Virus record (IMG/VR): IMGVR_UViG_3300009100_000008
Length of the DNA: 38,676 bases
Origin: a virus
Reading direction: 5' to 3' (one strand)
The notes under the pieces were generated by a model, which saw only the letters and a list, made by a program, of their open reading frames with translations, had not been told where the DNA came from and searched no databases. The position numbers and the translations under genes are program-made. Positions 30,887-38,329 of the stretch are shown here, one piece after another. Positions within the stretch are counted from its first letter, which is position 1. Every line of letters starts with the position of its first letter.

Positions 30887-32470
30887 TCAGTAGACGTGGT
30901 CCCACGGATTGCTCTGCTCGGTGAGCGCGCCGTCCTCGATCGCCCGGCCACGGGCGGCCTCGGCGAGCAGTCCGGCGACGAACGTGTCGATGTGGACGGT
31001 GTCGCGCTTCTTGACGATCCGCAGGTAGTGGTGCGGGATCGACGGGTCCTCATCCGGCCGCGGTGTCCGTCGGCGGGCCTTCTGCAGGGCGGCGCCCATG
31101 ACGTGCTGGCGCAAGGTCGGGTCGCCGTCGTGAGTGAAGTCGCCGGCCAGTGCGGTGATGAACCGGACGATGGCGTCGTCCATGCGCTGCTCACCGTTGG
31201 TGGGGTACTCCACGACCCGGTTCGGCCAGCGCGCCGACCACACGTCGGCGTACTCCTGCCACCGGTAGGGGTCCATGAACAGGTACCGCACGTCGTAGGC
31301 GGCGAAGGCGTCGGCGAGCACCTGGTCGACCTGGTCGCGCGGCACCCGATGCTGCGGGTGCTTGGCGGGGTCCCACGTCTTGAGGTGGAACCAGCGGCCG
31401 TCGGAGATGCGCGAGGCGACGATCACGGTGCAGTCCACCGACCGGGAACCGTCGAACCCGAGCGCGATCATCTCGCCTGGAGCGAGGTCCCGCGGCCGCG
31501 CGCAGGCATCCCAACGTGTCGCGTCCACCGCGTCGGACACGCCGACGACGATCATGTTCAGGAAGAAGCGCAGCGCGTCGGCCGTGGTGGGGCACACCGA
31601 CGGGTCTCGCGCATCGGCCAACACCCGCTCCCGGTCCACCCACCACGAGTCGCCGTACACGTACGCCAGGCAGTCCAGCGCATCGTCGTCGTCGGACAGG
31701 TCCGGGGTGCGCAGCGGCGGCCGGTAGTCCACCAGCACGTCACGGGCCTTGCCCTCGTGGGTGCCCTGCGCGACGGAGCGCTCCGACGGGTCGTAGGCGT
31801 TGGTGGTCTCCATCCACCGGCCGCCCATCCCGCCGATGTTCCGTTTCATCGTCGAGGCCAGCAGGATGCCGCCGTTGGACGGCACCATCAGGTGCGTCTC
31901 GTCGAAGACCGCGAACGACAACCGCGCCCCCAGGCGCGCCCGCCCCGAGGACGTCCGCGGCTCCAGCTTCCCGCCGGAGGGCAGGTTGATGTCGGTGACG
32001 CCCAGGTCCACACCGCTGATGTCGGCGACCGGGCCGCGCTGGGCCATCTCCAGCAGTGCCAGCCACGTGTTGTCGGTCTGCTCCTCCGAGGTGGCCACGA
32101 TCTGCACCCACGGTGTCGGATGCGGCGCGCCGACCGGTTCCCCGTCGCAGTCCCAGCCGTCGAAGCGGACCGGTCCGAACGCCTCCGCCAGGCTGATCGC
32201 GGCCGCGAACGGCCCCTTGCCCCACTTCTGCGGACGCATCAGCAGGCCGCCGCGGTGTGCGAACGGCGCCGACGGCCGCCGCTCGTCGAGCACTGCCGTC
32301 GGCTTGAGCCGGTAGAAGCCGAACAGGAACCGCCACATCTCGTCGGTGAGCCGGAACGGCTCACCCTGGTGCAGCCCGTCCGGGATGACGCAGTACGCCT
32401 CGATCCACTCGCCGACCAGATGCCCGAGCGTCGGGTACTCGCCCGGCACCTCCGGCCCGCGCCAGCCCAC
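30887..32470 (-). CDS. terL: Terminase large subunit (527 aa)
   Basis: GTG 32470. EWIEAYCVIPDG...GEPFRLTDEMWRFL (N-terminal ATPase region) and C-terminal nuclease-like acidic motifs. Lies directly upstream of the portal gene. Confidence 0.9.
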   Translation of the reverse strand: MGWRGPEVPGEYPTLGHLVGEWIEAYCVIPDGLHQGEPFRLTDEMWRFLFGFYRLKPTAVLDERRPSAPFAHRGGLLMRPQKWGKGPFAAAISLAEAFGPVRFDGWDCDGEPVGAPHPTPWVQIVATSEEQTDNTWLALLEMAQRGPVADISGVDLGVTDINLPSGGKLEPRTSSGRARLGARLSFAVFDETHLMVPSNGGILLASTMKRNIGGMGGRWMETTNAYDPSERSVAQGTHEGKARDVLVDYRPPLRTPDLSDDDDALDCLAYVYGDSWWVDRERVLADARDPSVCPTTADALRFFLNMIVVGVSDAVDATRWDACARPRDLAPGEMIALGFDGSRSVDCTVIVASRISDGRWFHLKTWDPAKHPQHRVPRDQVDQVLADAFAAYDVRYLFMDPYRWQEYADVWSARWPNRVVEYPTNGEQRMDDAIVRFITALAGDFTHDGDPTLRQHVMGAALQKARRRTPRPDEDPSIPHHYLRIVKKRDTVHIDTFVAGLLAEAARGRAIEDGALTEQSNPWDHVY

Positions 32471-32476
32471 CGGTCG

Positions 32477-32896
32477 CTACTCCACCGCTCGCAGCCGACG
32501 CACCGGCGCATGTGCCGGCTCGGCGGGCTTTGCCGACGGCGGGTTCTTCCCGATCTGCATCCGCAGCCGCGCCCGGTCCTCCGGAGTCGCGCCGAACTTC
32601 GCCACCCGCAGCCGCACCTCCGCCGCGAGCGTCCACTGCCCCCTGCTCCACATGGCGTGGTGCATCAGGGCGGTGTCCAGGAGGAACGACCAGTCGGTGT
32701 CCTCCATCGCCTGAGCCTGCGGCGATCGGCGCCACGTCTCCCACCACGCCCGAGTCCGCTCGTGCCACTCGGTGCCCTCCGGCAGATCGGGGCCGTGCAG
32801 CTCCCCGTCAGCCGCCACGACGGTCTCCGGCACCGGGTCGGCGTTGCGACGTCGCCGCTTGGCTGGATCCTTCGGCGCCGGGCCTCGACCAGCCAT
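32477..32896 (-). CDS. terS: Terminase small subunit, P27-like (139 aa)
   Basis: ATG 32896 is preceded by GGGAGGTG. MAGRGPAPKDPAKRRRRN...WWETWRRSPQAQ...D...LLDTALMH... resembles P27-family small terminases. Confidence 0.6.
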   Translation of the reverse strand: MAGRGPAPKDPAKRRRRNADPVPETVVAADGELHGPDLPEGTEWHERTRAWWETWRRSPQAQAMEDTDWSFLLDTALMHHAMWSRGQWTLAAEVRLRVAKFGATPEDRARLRMQIGKNPPSAKPAEPAHAPVRRLRAVE

Positions 32897-33064
32897 CGCA
32901 GCACCTCCCAACTTCCAGGGTTCAGGCTCAACGGTGGAAGTTCACTCCACGTGACGGTCACCCCCGGTGACATCCGGAGCCCCTGACCCGTACAGAGGGT
33001 TAGGGGGGTTGGGGGGGGTCACCGAGGGTGACGGCTCCCCAAGAATCGACCCGCCACCGGGGGG
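32897..33064. other. cos / packaging-recognition region candidate
   Basis: 168-bp non-coding gap upstream of terS. It holds two GTCACC-N3-GGTGAC palindromes (32957-32971, 33018-33032), G runs (GGG 32997-32999, G6 33003-33008, G8 33011-33018, G6 33059-33064) and ACTTCCA...TGGAAGT (32911-32941). Confidence 0.45.
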
Positions 33065-33367
33065 CTACAGCGGGCTAGCGATCTCGTAGTGAGCCGCGAG
33101 GACCGCGCCGACCTTCACGCCGGCGCCTGCAGGTGCGATGGTCGGGGCGAGGCCGAGGTTGGCCGGCTGGGAGATGCCAGCGGCCAGGGTGACGGTGACG
33201 GTGTCGCCGTTGACGGTGAACTGTTCGACGTCGACGACGAGGCGTCGCTGGTCGGTGGTGTTCGGGTCGTGGACGCTGGTGCCGACGATCTCGGTGGTCT
33301 GGCTGCCGAGGAGGTAGCTGCCGGTGTACTTGCCGTCCGGTCCGGTGGTGCCGACGATGCCGATCAT
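33065..33367 (-). CDS. Hypothetical protein (100 aa)
   Basis: ATG 33367 is preceded by GGGAGGGG. Beta-rich sequence. Confidence 0.55.
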   Translation of the reverse strand: MIGIVGTTGPDGKYTGSYLLGSQTTEIVGTSVHDPNTTDQRRLVVDVEQFTVNGDTVTVTLAAGISQPANLGLAPTIAPAGAGVKVGAVLAAHYEIASPL

Positions 33368-33389
33368 GCTGGTCCCCTCCCGGTGGGGT

Positions 33390-33749
33390 TCAGCGGTGCT
33401 CGTTGACCCTGCGGTTGCAGGGGGCGTGTGCCAGTGCCCTGGGCCCGGTCTTGCCGCCGTGGGCGATCTGGGTGAGGTGGTGTAGGTCGAGCGCCTGATC
33501 GGTGGTCAGGGGCTGCGTGCAGATGGGGCACGGTTGGCCGGGGTTGGCGGCGAGGTCGGCCAGGGCGGCGGCGCGTTCGTTCTGGTGCTCGGCGCCATAG
33601 CCGCGCTGTGTGGTGGTGCCGCGGGCGCGGTCTCGATGACGCCGACAGGTGGTGCAGCGGGTGGCGGCGGTGAGGCGGCCGCAGTCCAGGCAGGGGCGGG
33701 GCGGCACGGCTACGGCCAGGACCAGCCGGGTGTGTTGGGGACGCGGCAT
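33390..33749 (-). CDS. HNH endonuclease, packaging-associated copy (119 aa)
   Basis: CLDCGR...CTTCRRH...RGYGAEHQNERAAAL...CPICTQPL...LDLHHLTQIAHGG...APCNRR is the HNH type usually found beside terminases of cos phages. Start (ATG 33749) uncertain. Confidence 0.7.
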   Translation of the reverse strand: MPRPQHTRLVLAVAVPPRPCLDCGRLTAATRCTTCRRHRDRARGTTTQRGYGAEHQNERAAALADLAANPGQPCPICTQPLTTDQALDLHHLTQIAHGGKTGPRALAHAPCNRRVNEHR

Positions 33750-34108
33750 TCCCGGCAGGTGTACCGGGCGCCGTGCTCGAGCTCGATCACGACGTCGGGG
33801 GCGGGGTCGTGGCGCATGCGGAGATGGCCGTGGCCGTCGGGTTCCCACACGTTGGGGTCGGCGCGGTTGTCCATGTGGACGGACACGACGCGGGCCAGCT
33901 CGGTGGTGCCGTGGTACTCGTGCCGGTAGTCCACCAGGTCGCCCGGCTTGGGCAGGCGGGTCGCGGTGGGCCGCTGCCAGTACAGGACGTGAACCTGCTC
34001 GGGGGTGTAGCCGTCCAGGGGGCTGGTGGCCATGGCGCCGTCGAGCGTGGGGCTGATGCCGGGTGCGCCGGTCAGCAGGGCGCCGGCGATGCGGTCGAGT
34101 GGGTTCAC
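33710..34108 (-). CDS. Hypothetical protein (132 aa)
   Basis: GTG 34108 overlaps the upstream stop. Confidence 0.5.
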   Translation of the reverse strand: MNPLDRIAGALLTGAPGISPTLDGAMATSPLDGYTPEQVHVLYWQRPTATRLPKPGDLVDYRHEYHGTTELARVVSVHMDNRADPNVWEPDGHGHLRMRHDPAPDVVIELEHGARYTCRECRVPNTPGWSWP

Positions 34109-34368
34109 CGGACGGCCACGCTCTGCTGTCCGGCGTAGGTGTAGCGGGCCGTCGGTGCGTCCGGTAGGCGGGCCGGGTCGACGGTGTAGGCGTGGACGCG
34201 GGTGGTGCCGGCCGGTGGCTGTTCGTGGCGGATGTCCCAGCCGACGCCGGGCACGGCTACGGCGTACACGGTGGCCGGCACGCGGCCGTGGTCCCAGGCG
34301 AAGCGTGTGCCGGCCAGGGGTCCGTCATCGAGGACGACCGCTACGGGCGGGGGTTCCTCACAGAGCAT
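34105..34368 (-). CDS. Hypothetical protein, first gene after the hairpin-rich gap (87 aa)
   Basis: ATG 34368 is preceded by GGAGGTG at 4 nt. The track start (GTG 34380) lies inside that RBS. Confidence 0.5.
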   Translation of the reverse strand: MLCEEPPPVAVVLDDGPLAGTRFAWDHGRVPATVYAVAVPGVGWDIRHEQPPAGTTRVHAYTVDPARLPDAPTARYTYAGQQSVAVR

Positions 34369-34394
34369 CGGCACCTCCACGGGGGCATGCGACG

Positions 34395-34424
34395 GGGGGC
34401 GGACTCGGCAGGGAGTCCGCCCCC
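34395..34424. promoter_or_regulatory. Perfect 12-bp-stem hairpin GGGGGCGGACTC-GGCAGG-GAGTCCGCCCCC
   Basis: Read directly, about 27 nt upstream (in mRNA sense) of ATG 34368. Confidence 0.35.
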
Positions 34425-34516
34425 TCGTCTCTCATGGGTCGGCGGGGTCTTACCAGCGTCGCAACGCAACCCGAGACCACCGAAGTGGCGCCCCGCCTTA
34501 GTGGGAGTCCTGGACA

Positions 34517-34545
34517 TGCGAAAGCCCGGCGCGAGGGGCCGGGCT
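34517..34545 (-). terminator. Hairpin AGCCCGGC...GCCGGGCT followed by UUUC on the minus-strand transcript
   Basis: About 33 nt after the stop of the HTH gene (34578). The minus-sense sequence is AGCCCGGCCCCTCGCGCCGGGCTTTCGC. Confidence 0.4.
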
Positions 34546-34577
34546 GTGGACATACGGGTGCTTACGGGAAGTGTTCC

Positions 34578-34784
34578 CTACGAATCGCAGCTCGTCAACG
34601 TGGGTGGTGTCTGGCCACGGTGGAGGGTGGCGTCGACGGTGAGGACCGCGGTGCGGTCGAGGAGGGTTTGCCGGCCGGAGCGCCCGATCGGACGTAGCCA
34701 CCCCTTGCTGATCCAGCGGCGGATGGTCACCGGGCGCCGCCCGACGAGCTGGGCGGCGTCGTGGGTACGGATCGGTTCGGTCAT
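34578..34784 (-). CDS. HTH_17/excisionase-family DNA-binding protein (68 aa)
   Basis: ATG 34784 overlaps the upstream stop (ATGA). HDAAQLVGRRPVTIRRWISKGWLRPI. Confidence 0.6.
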   Translation of the reverse strand: MTEPIRTHDAAQLVGRRPVTIRRWISKGWLRPIGRSGRQTLLDRTAVLTVDATLHRGQTPPTLTSCDS

Positions 34785-35863
34785 GCCGCTTGCCCGCGGG
34801 CGAGGTCGTACAGGTTGAAGTCGATGCGGCGGGACAGCCAGGGCCACTCGTCGTTGGTCCAGGTGTGCCGGTAGGCGGCGTGGGGGCGGTGGCCGTCGGG
34901 CGCGGTGTGGTCGCGGCGGTGGCAGCGGCAGACGTCCTGCTCGCATTCGCACTCGGCGTAGGTGCACTCGACGATCCCGGCGACGTTGTGTCGGTTGGTG
35001 GGGCCCCGTTCGGGCCACATGACGAGGGCCTGGGTGTGGCACCAGGGGCAGCGGGCGGGGATGCGCACGATGGGTTCGCGGTCGCGCAGGACGGCGCGGA
35101 CGGCGCGGGCCGCGGTGAGTAGCTCGCCGGCGACGCGGTCCACCACGGTGGGATGGCCGCCGAGGGACAGCAGCGCGCGCAGCTCCTCGACGGCGTCGAC
35201 CCGGTAGCCGAGGTCAGCCAGGACGGGCCAGCGGGGGCGGCGGGCGTCGCACAGGCGCCGGATGGCGTCGGCGAGGACCAGGTCGACGTCGGCGATTACA
35301 TCGGATACGGCGGTGTCGATCGGGGCGGGTGAGGGCGGCAGCGTGGTGGCGTCGGCGTCGCAGCGGGGGCAGTACGCGGCGAGGCGCTCCACACCGGACA
35401 GGGCGTTGAGATGGCCGGCGTTGACGTAGAGCTGCTCCGGAGCGGCGAACAGCGTCAGGTCGCCGCCGGGTGTCCAGGTGGGTGCGCGCCACCGGCGGGG
35501 GCCGCCGCAGGAGTCGCAGCGCGGCGCGGTCTCGGTCTGCCCGCCGGCAAGCCGGGTGTAGGTGCGGGCGTGCGGACCGGGTTGCAGCACTTCGTACAGG
35601 ACCGGGCCGAGCTGGGCGAGCACGGTGAGGGCGTCGTCGACGTCGACCAGGCGCTCGGGTAGCTGGCCGAGGTCGCCGGTGCGGCGGGCGGTGCGGCGGC
35701 GGCGGCGGGCGAAGCGGGGCGGGTCACCGGCGAGGGCGGCGCATCGGTCGTGTTCGCCGAGGTGCCACCAGCGGGCGCCGTCCGGGGTGGCTTCGGCGGG
35801 GCCGTCGCACCGGTCGCAGTGGCCCTCGACGCGGATGTCGGTCAGATGGGGGCGGTCAGCCAT
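34781..35863 (-). CDS. Cys-rich protein with four CxxC pairs plus a Cys/His cluster (360 aa)
   Basis: Track ORF. HCDRCDG, CDSCGG, CPRCDAD, CPWCH and ECTYAECECEQDVCRCH. Confidence 0.6.
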   Translation of the reverse strand: MADRPHLTDIRVEGHCDRCDGPAEATPDGARWWHLGEHDRCAALAGDPPRFARRRRRTARRTGDLGQLPERLVDVDDALTVLAQLGPVLYEVLQPGPHARTYTRLAGGQTETAPRCDSCGGPRRWRAPTWTPGGDLTLFAAPEQLYVNAGHLNALSGVERLAAYCPRCDADATTLPPSPAPIDTAVSDVIADVDLVLADAIRRLCDARRPRWPVLADLGYRVDAVEELRALLSLGGHPTVVDRVAGELLTAARAVRAVLRDREPIVRIPARCPWCHTQALVMWPERGPTNRHNVAGIVECTYAECECEQDVCRCHRRDHTAPDGHRPHAAYRHTWTNDEWPWLSRRIDFNLYDLARGQAA

Positions 35864-35951
35864 CCACCACCACCCAGGTCAGCAGGACAACGATCAGGGT
35901 CAGCGAGGACACCCACCAGCAGACGTCCATCACGCGGTCGATCGGCTTCAC
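35856..35951 (-). CDS. Unlisted 31-aa single-TM ORF
   Basis: GTG 35951 is preceded by GGAGGTGGAA. VKPIDRVMDVCWWVSSLTLIVVLLTWVVVDG. Its TGA overlaps the next gene's start (ATGGCTGA). Confidence 0.35.
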   Translation of the reverse strand: MKPIDRVMDVCWWVSSLTLIVVLLTWVVVDG

Positions 35952-36002
35952 TTCCACCTCCGTGGCAGTCGGGAGTTCGCACAGCGGGGCATCGGACACA
36001 GC

Positions 36003-36566
36003 TCACTGCCGGCCATCGGTGGGCTCCTCGTCGTGGTGGCGGTAGTCGGCGAGGGCGTTGATGACGCCCGAGGCCTTGGCATGGTCGAGGGTCAGCGAGC
36101 CGACGAGGTAGCGCCGGTATGCGGCGTCGAGGTCGACCACAGCCAGCGCGGCCAGTACGCCCTCGACGTGGTGGCGGACGTCGGCCGGTGTCCACTGGGT
36201 GACCGGCTTGCCGTCGGCGCCGTGCACCAGCACGTATGGGCGGCTGTTGCGGCCGGACACGATCGGCGTGAACGTCAGCGGGGCAGTCGCCTCGTCGCTG
36301 ATCGGCGGACGGTCGGCGCGTAGGTCCGCGACGATCGAGAGGGCGAGCCGCTGGTTGCCCTTCATGGCCGGGGTCATCTGGGCGAGGACAGCGGCATCGT
36401 AGGCGGCGTACTCGGCGGCCCGCAGCGCGGCCAGGGCGTAGGCGAGCGGGTTGGTGGGGACGAATGACCGGTCGGCGCCCCACTCGATGCTCAGGATGTA
36501 CGTCTTGCCGTCGGGCGCGAGGTCGGAGCGGACCCAGATCGCGTTGTTGGAGGTCGGCTCAGCCAC
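36003..36566 (-). CDS. Hypothetical protein (187 aa)
   Basis: GTG 36566 overlaps the upstream gene by 8 nt. Normal composition. Confidence 0.6.
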   Translation of the reverse strand: MAEPTSNNAIWVRSDLAPDGKTYILSIEWGADRSFVPTNPLAYALAALRAAEYAAYDAAVLAQMTPAMKGNQRLALSIVADLRADRPPISDEATAPLTFTPIVSGRNSRPYVLVHGADGKPVTQWTPADVRHHVEGVLAALAVVDLDAAYRRYLVGSLTLDHAKASGVINALADYRHHDEEPTDGRQ

Positions 36567-36945
36567 TGGTGGGCTCCTGGTTGTCGCGGTACGACCGAGC
36601 GGGCTCCAGGTCCGCTGCCCGTTCCCGGGCCATCTCGGAGAAGATCGACGGCGGCAGGGGGAACGTCGGTCCTCGGTCGATCAGGTCGGCGAAGTCGCGC
36701 AGCGCTTGGGCGCCGGACGGCCCACTGTCGGCGGCCGGCTCGCCGTCCGCCCAGTACACGGAGACCGTGGCCGACATGGCCCGCTCAAGCGCAACCTCGA
36801 ACCGCTCGTCAGTGATGACGCCGGACAGGGCCAGCTCGGACTGGATGTCGGCGTACAGCCGGTCGTCGTGGCGGGCGCGCTGGACGGCCGCTCGGATGAC
36901 GTTCCCCGCGGCCCGCTCCGCGATCTGGCGGTCGGTGTTGCTCAC
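36559..36945 (-). CDS. Hypothetical protein (128 aa)
   Basis: GTG 36945 overlaps the upstream stop (GTGA). Sequence begins VSNTDRQIAERAAGNVIRAAVQRARHDDRLYADIQ. The rest of the 415-aa track ORF is Pro/Arg shadow. Confidence 0.55.
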   Translation of the reverse strand: MSNTDRQIAERAAGNVIRAAVQRARHDDRLYADIQSELALSGVITDERFEVALERAMSATVSVYWADGEPAADSGPSGAQALRDFADLIDRGPTFPLPPSIFSEMARERAADLEPARSYRDNQEPTSG

Positions 36946-37298
36946 GGCTTCCAGCCCTTCATCCAGGGCAGGACCCGCTTGTCGAGGTTCAGGCCACCGG
37001 TCCAGGCAGTGACGCCGGGGAAGCGCTGCTCGTAGGCGACGTTGAGCTGCTTGGCCTCGCGTTCCAGCGCCGCGAACCAGTCCTCGTCGGTGGCCAGGCC
37101 CTTCTCGACGAGCAGGCCGACGAGGGCACTGACCTCGGCGCGGAGCAGGATCGTGACCTCGCGGTGGTCGCTGACGGCGTCGCATTCGGGGTCGCCCTTG
37201 GGGCGGGTGCCGAGCTGCCAGCCGGCGAACAGCGTCCGCCACTTGGCGAGGATGTTCAGGGCGTCGTGGGCGCGTTGCGCCGGCGTGGGGGTGCTCAT
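36942..37298 (-). CDS. Hypothetical protein (118 aa)
   Basis: ATG 37298 is preceded by GGAGAA. Confidence 0.6.
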   Translation of the reverse strand: MSTPTPAQRAHDALNILAKWRTLFAGWQLGTRPKGDPECDAVSDHREVTILLRAEVSALVGLLVEKGLATDEDWFAALEREAKQLNVAYEQRFPGVTAWTGGLNLDKRVLPWMKGWKP

Positions 37299-38329
37299 GC
37301 TGCGGGGTTCTCCTCAGATGGGGCGGCGGAGGCGGTCGTGCCATTGGCGGCGGGACTCGCCCGGGCGGCGTGCCTGTTCGGGGCGGCAGATGCTGCAGGG
37401 GCGGGTGACGGTTTTGAGCGCGCCGTAGTCGGCGTCGAGGACGACGCGGTCGACCCATCCGCGGTAGCAGCCGGCGTCGTGGCCGGTTTGGGTGTCGTGG
37501 CCGCAGGGGCAGTGTTCGCGGCGGCAGTGGGCGTCGGGTAGGGCTCGGGTGGCCATGGCGGGTCACCTCCAGGCGGCGACGGGGCGGTGGCGGGGATGCC
37601 GCGGCGGCAGAAGGCGCACGAGATGGTGCCGTCGCCGCGCCAGGACAGCCGGGAGCCGTGGGCGCATCGGGGCGGCAGCGGGGGCCGGTCGGGTTCGTCG
37701 GCGGGCTCGCGCGCGGTCGGTGGGTTGGCGGTGTGCTCAACCAGGTGGGTGGTCGTAGTAGGTGGTTGGTCGTGGCTGGTAGTCGGCCACCTGGGTGGCC
37801 GGTCATGTGACTCCAGATGGCCGGTCAAGTTGTCCTGGGGGGTGTCATTTGGCCGGTGAAGATCGTTTTCATCGGCCATCTGGGTGGCCGGTCGAGTGGC
37901 CGGCTCGTCGTCTTGACCGGCCACAGCTGTGGCCGGTGATTCGGCGGGTTGACCGGCCATCTGGGTGGCCGGTGATGGGGCGGGTGGGGTGTCGTCGATG
38001 CCGAGCAGCCGCACCCGTTCGAGCAGGTCGAGGGGCACGGTCAGCCGGTACTCCGAGGTGATGCCGCTGCCGCCGTGGCCGCCGCCGCGGGAGACCTGCT
38101 GCAGCAGGCCGAGCTGCCGCAGGGCGGTCAGGTGGCGGCGCACGGTGCGGTCGCTGCCGCCGGTGACCGCGGCCAGCGCGGTGGTGCCTGGGCGTACGCG
38201 GGTGCCGTCGGGGTCGGCGTAGGTGGCCAGCACCAGCGCCAGCAGCTTCACCGCCGGCGGCACGATGGCACGCCGGATCAGCCGCTCCCACTCGAAGCGG
38301 CCGATCGGCTGGAGCTGCTGCTGGTGCAC
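37295..38329 (-). CDS. Replication-initiator-like winged-HTH protein with an iteron-bearing linker and a C-terminal CxxC-type ribbon; 3' end uncertain
   Basis: Third-position G/C is 20/20 in 38281-38340 and 19/20 in 37621-37680. GTG 38329 is the first canonical start in the biased part. FEWERLIRRAIVPPAVKLLALVLATYADPDG...SDRTVRRHLTALRQLGLL is wHTH-like. PRCAHGSRLSWRGDGTISCAFCRRG is a ribbon. Confidence 0.5.
   Translation of the reverse strand: MHQQQLQPIGRFEWERLIRRAIVPPAVKLLALVLATYADPDGTRVRPGTTALAAVTGGSDRTVRRHLTALRQLGLLQQVSRGGGHGGSGITSEYRLTVPLDLLERVRLLGIDDTPPAPSPATQMAGQPAESPATAVAGQDDEPATRPATQMADENDLHRPNDTPQDNLTGHLESHDRPPRWPTTSHDQPPTTTTHLVEHTANPPTAREPADEPDRPPLPPRCAHGSRLSWRGDGTISCAFCRRGIPATAPSPPGGDPPWPPEPYPTPTAAANTAPAATTPKPATTPAATADGSTASSSTPTTARSKPSPAPAASAAPNRHAARASPAANGTTASAAPSEENPAA
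37314..37556 (-). CDS. Small Zn-ribbon-like protein (80 aa)
   Basis: ATG 37556 is preceded by GGAGGTGA. Third-position G/C is 18/20 (37441-37500) and 19/20 (37381-37440) in this frame, against 15/20 and 12/20 in the overlapping 390-aa frame. HCRREHCPCGHD...RPCSICRPE. Confidence 0.65.
   Translation of the reverse strand: MATRALPDAHCRREHCPCGHDTQTGHDAGCYRGWVDRVVLDADYGALKTVTRPCSICRPEQARRPGESRRQWHDRLRRPI
37784..37973. repeat. Iteron-like array (origin candidate) inside the initiator-like gene
   Basis: Three 20-mers CGGCCAYCTGGGTGGCCGGT (37784, 37873, 37954). The core TGGCCGGT is also at 37818, 37850 and 37930, with variant TGGCCGGC at 37897. Inverted ACCGGCCA is at 37916 and 37952. An AT-richer patch GAAGATCGTTTTCAT is at 37858-37872. 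Confidence 0.6.

Noticed and set aside
34441-34497. Possible tRNA or tRNA-like gene in the early/late gap
   Set aside because: The closed structure is only ~57 nt. It has no GTTCRANNC T-loop, no D-loop motifs and no cloverleaf. I kept it only as a possible structured regulatory RNA.
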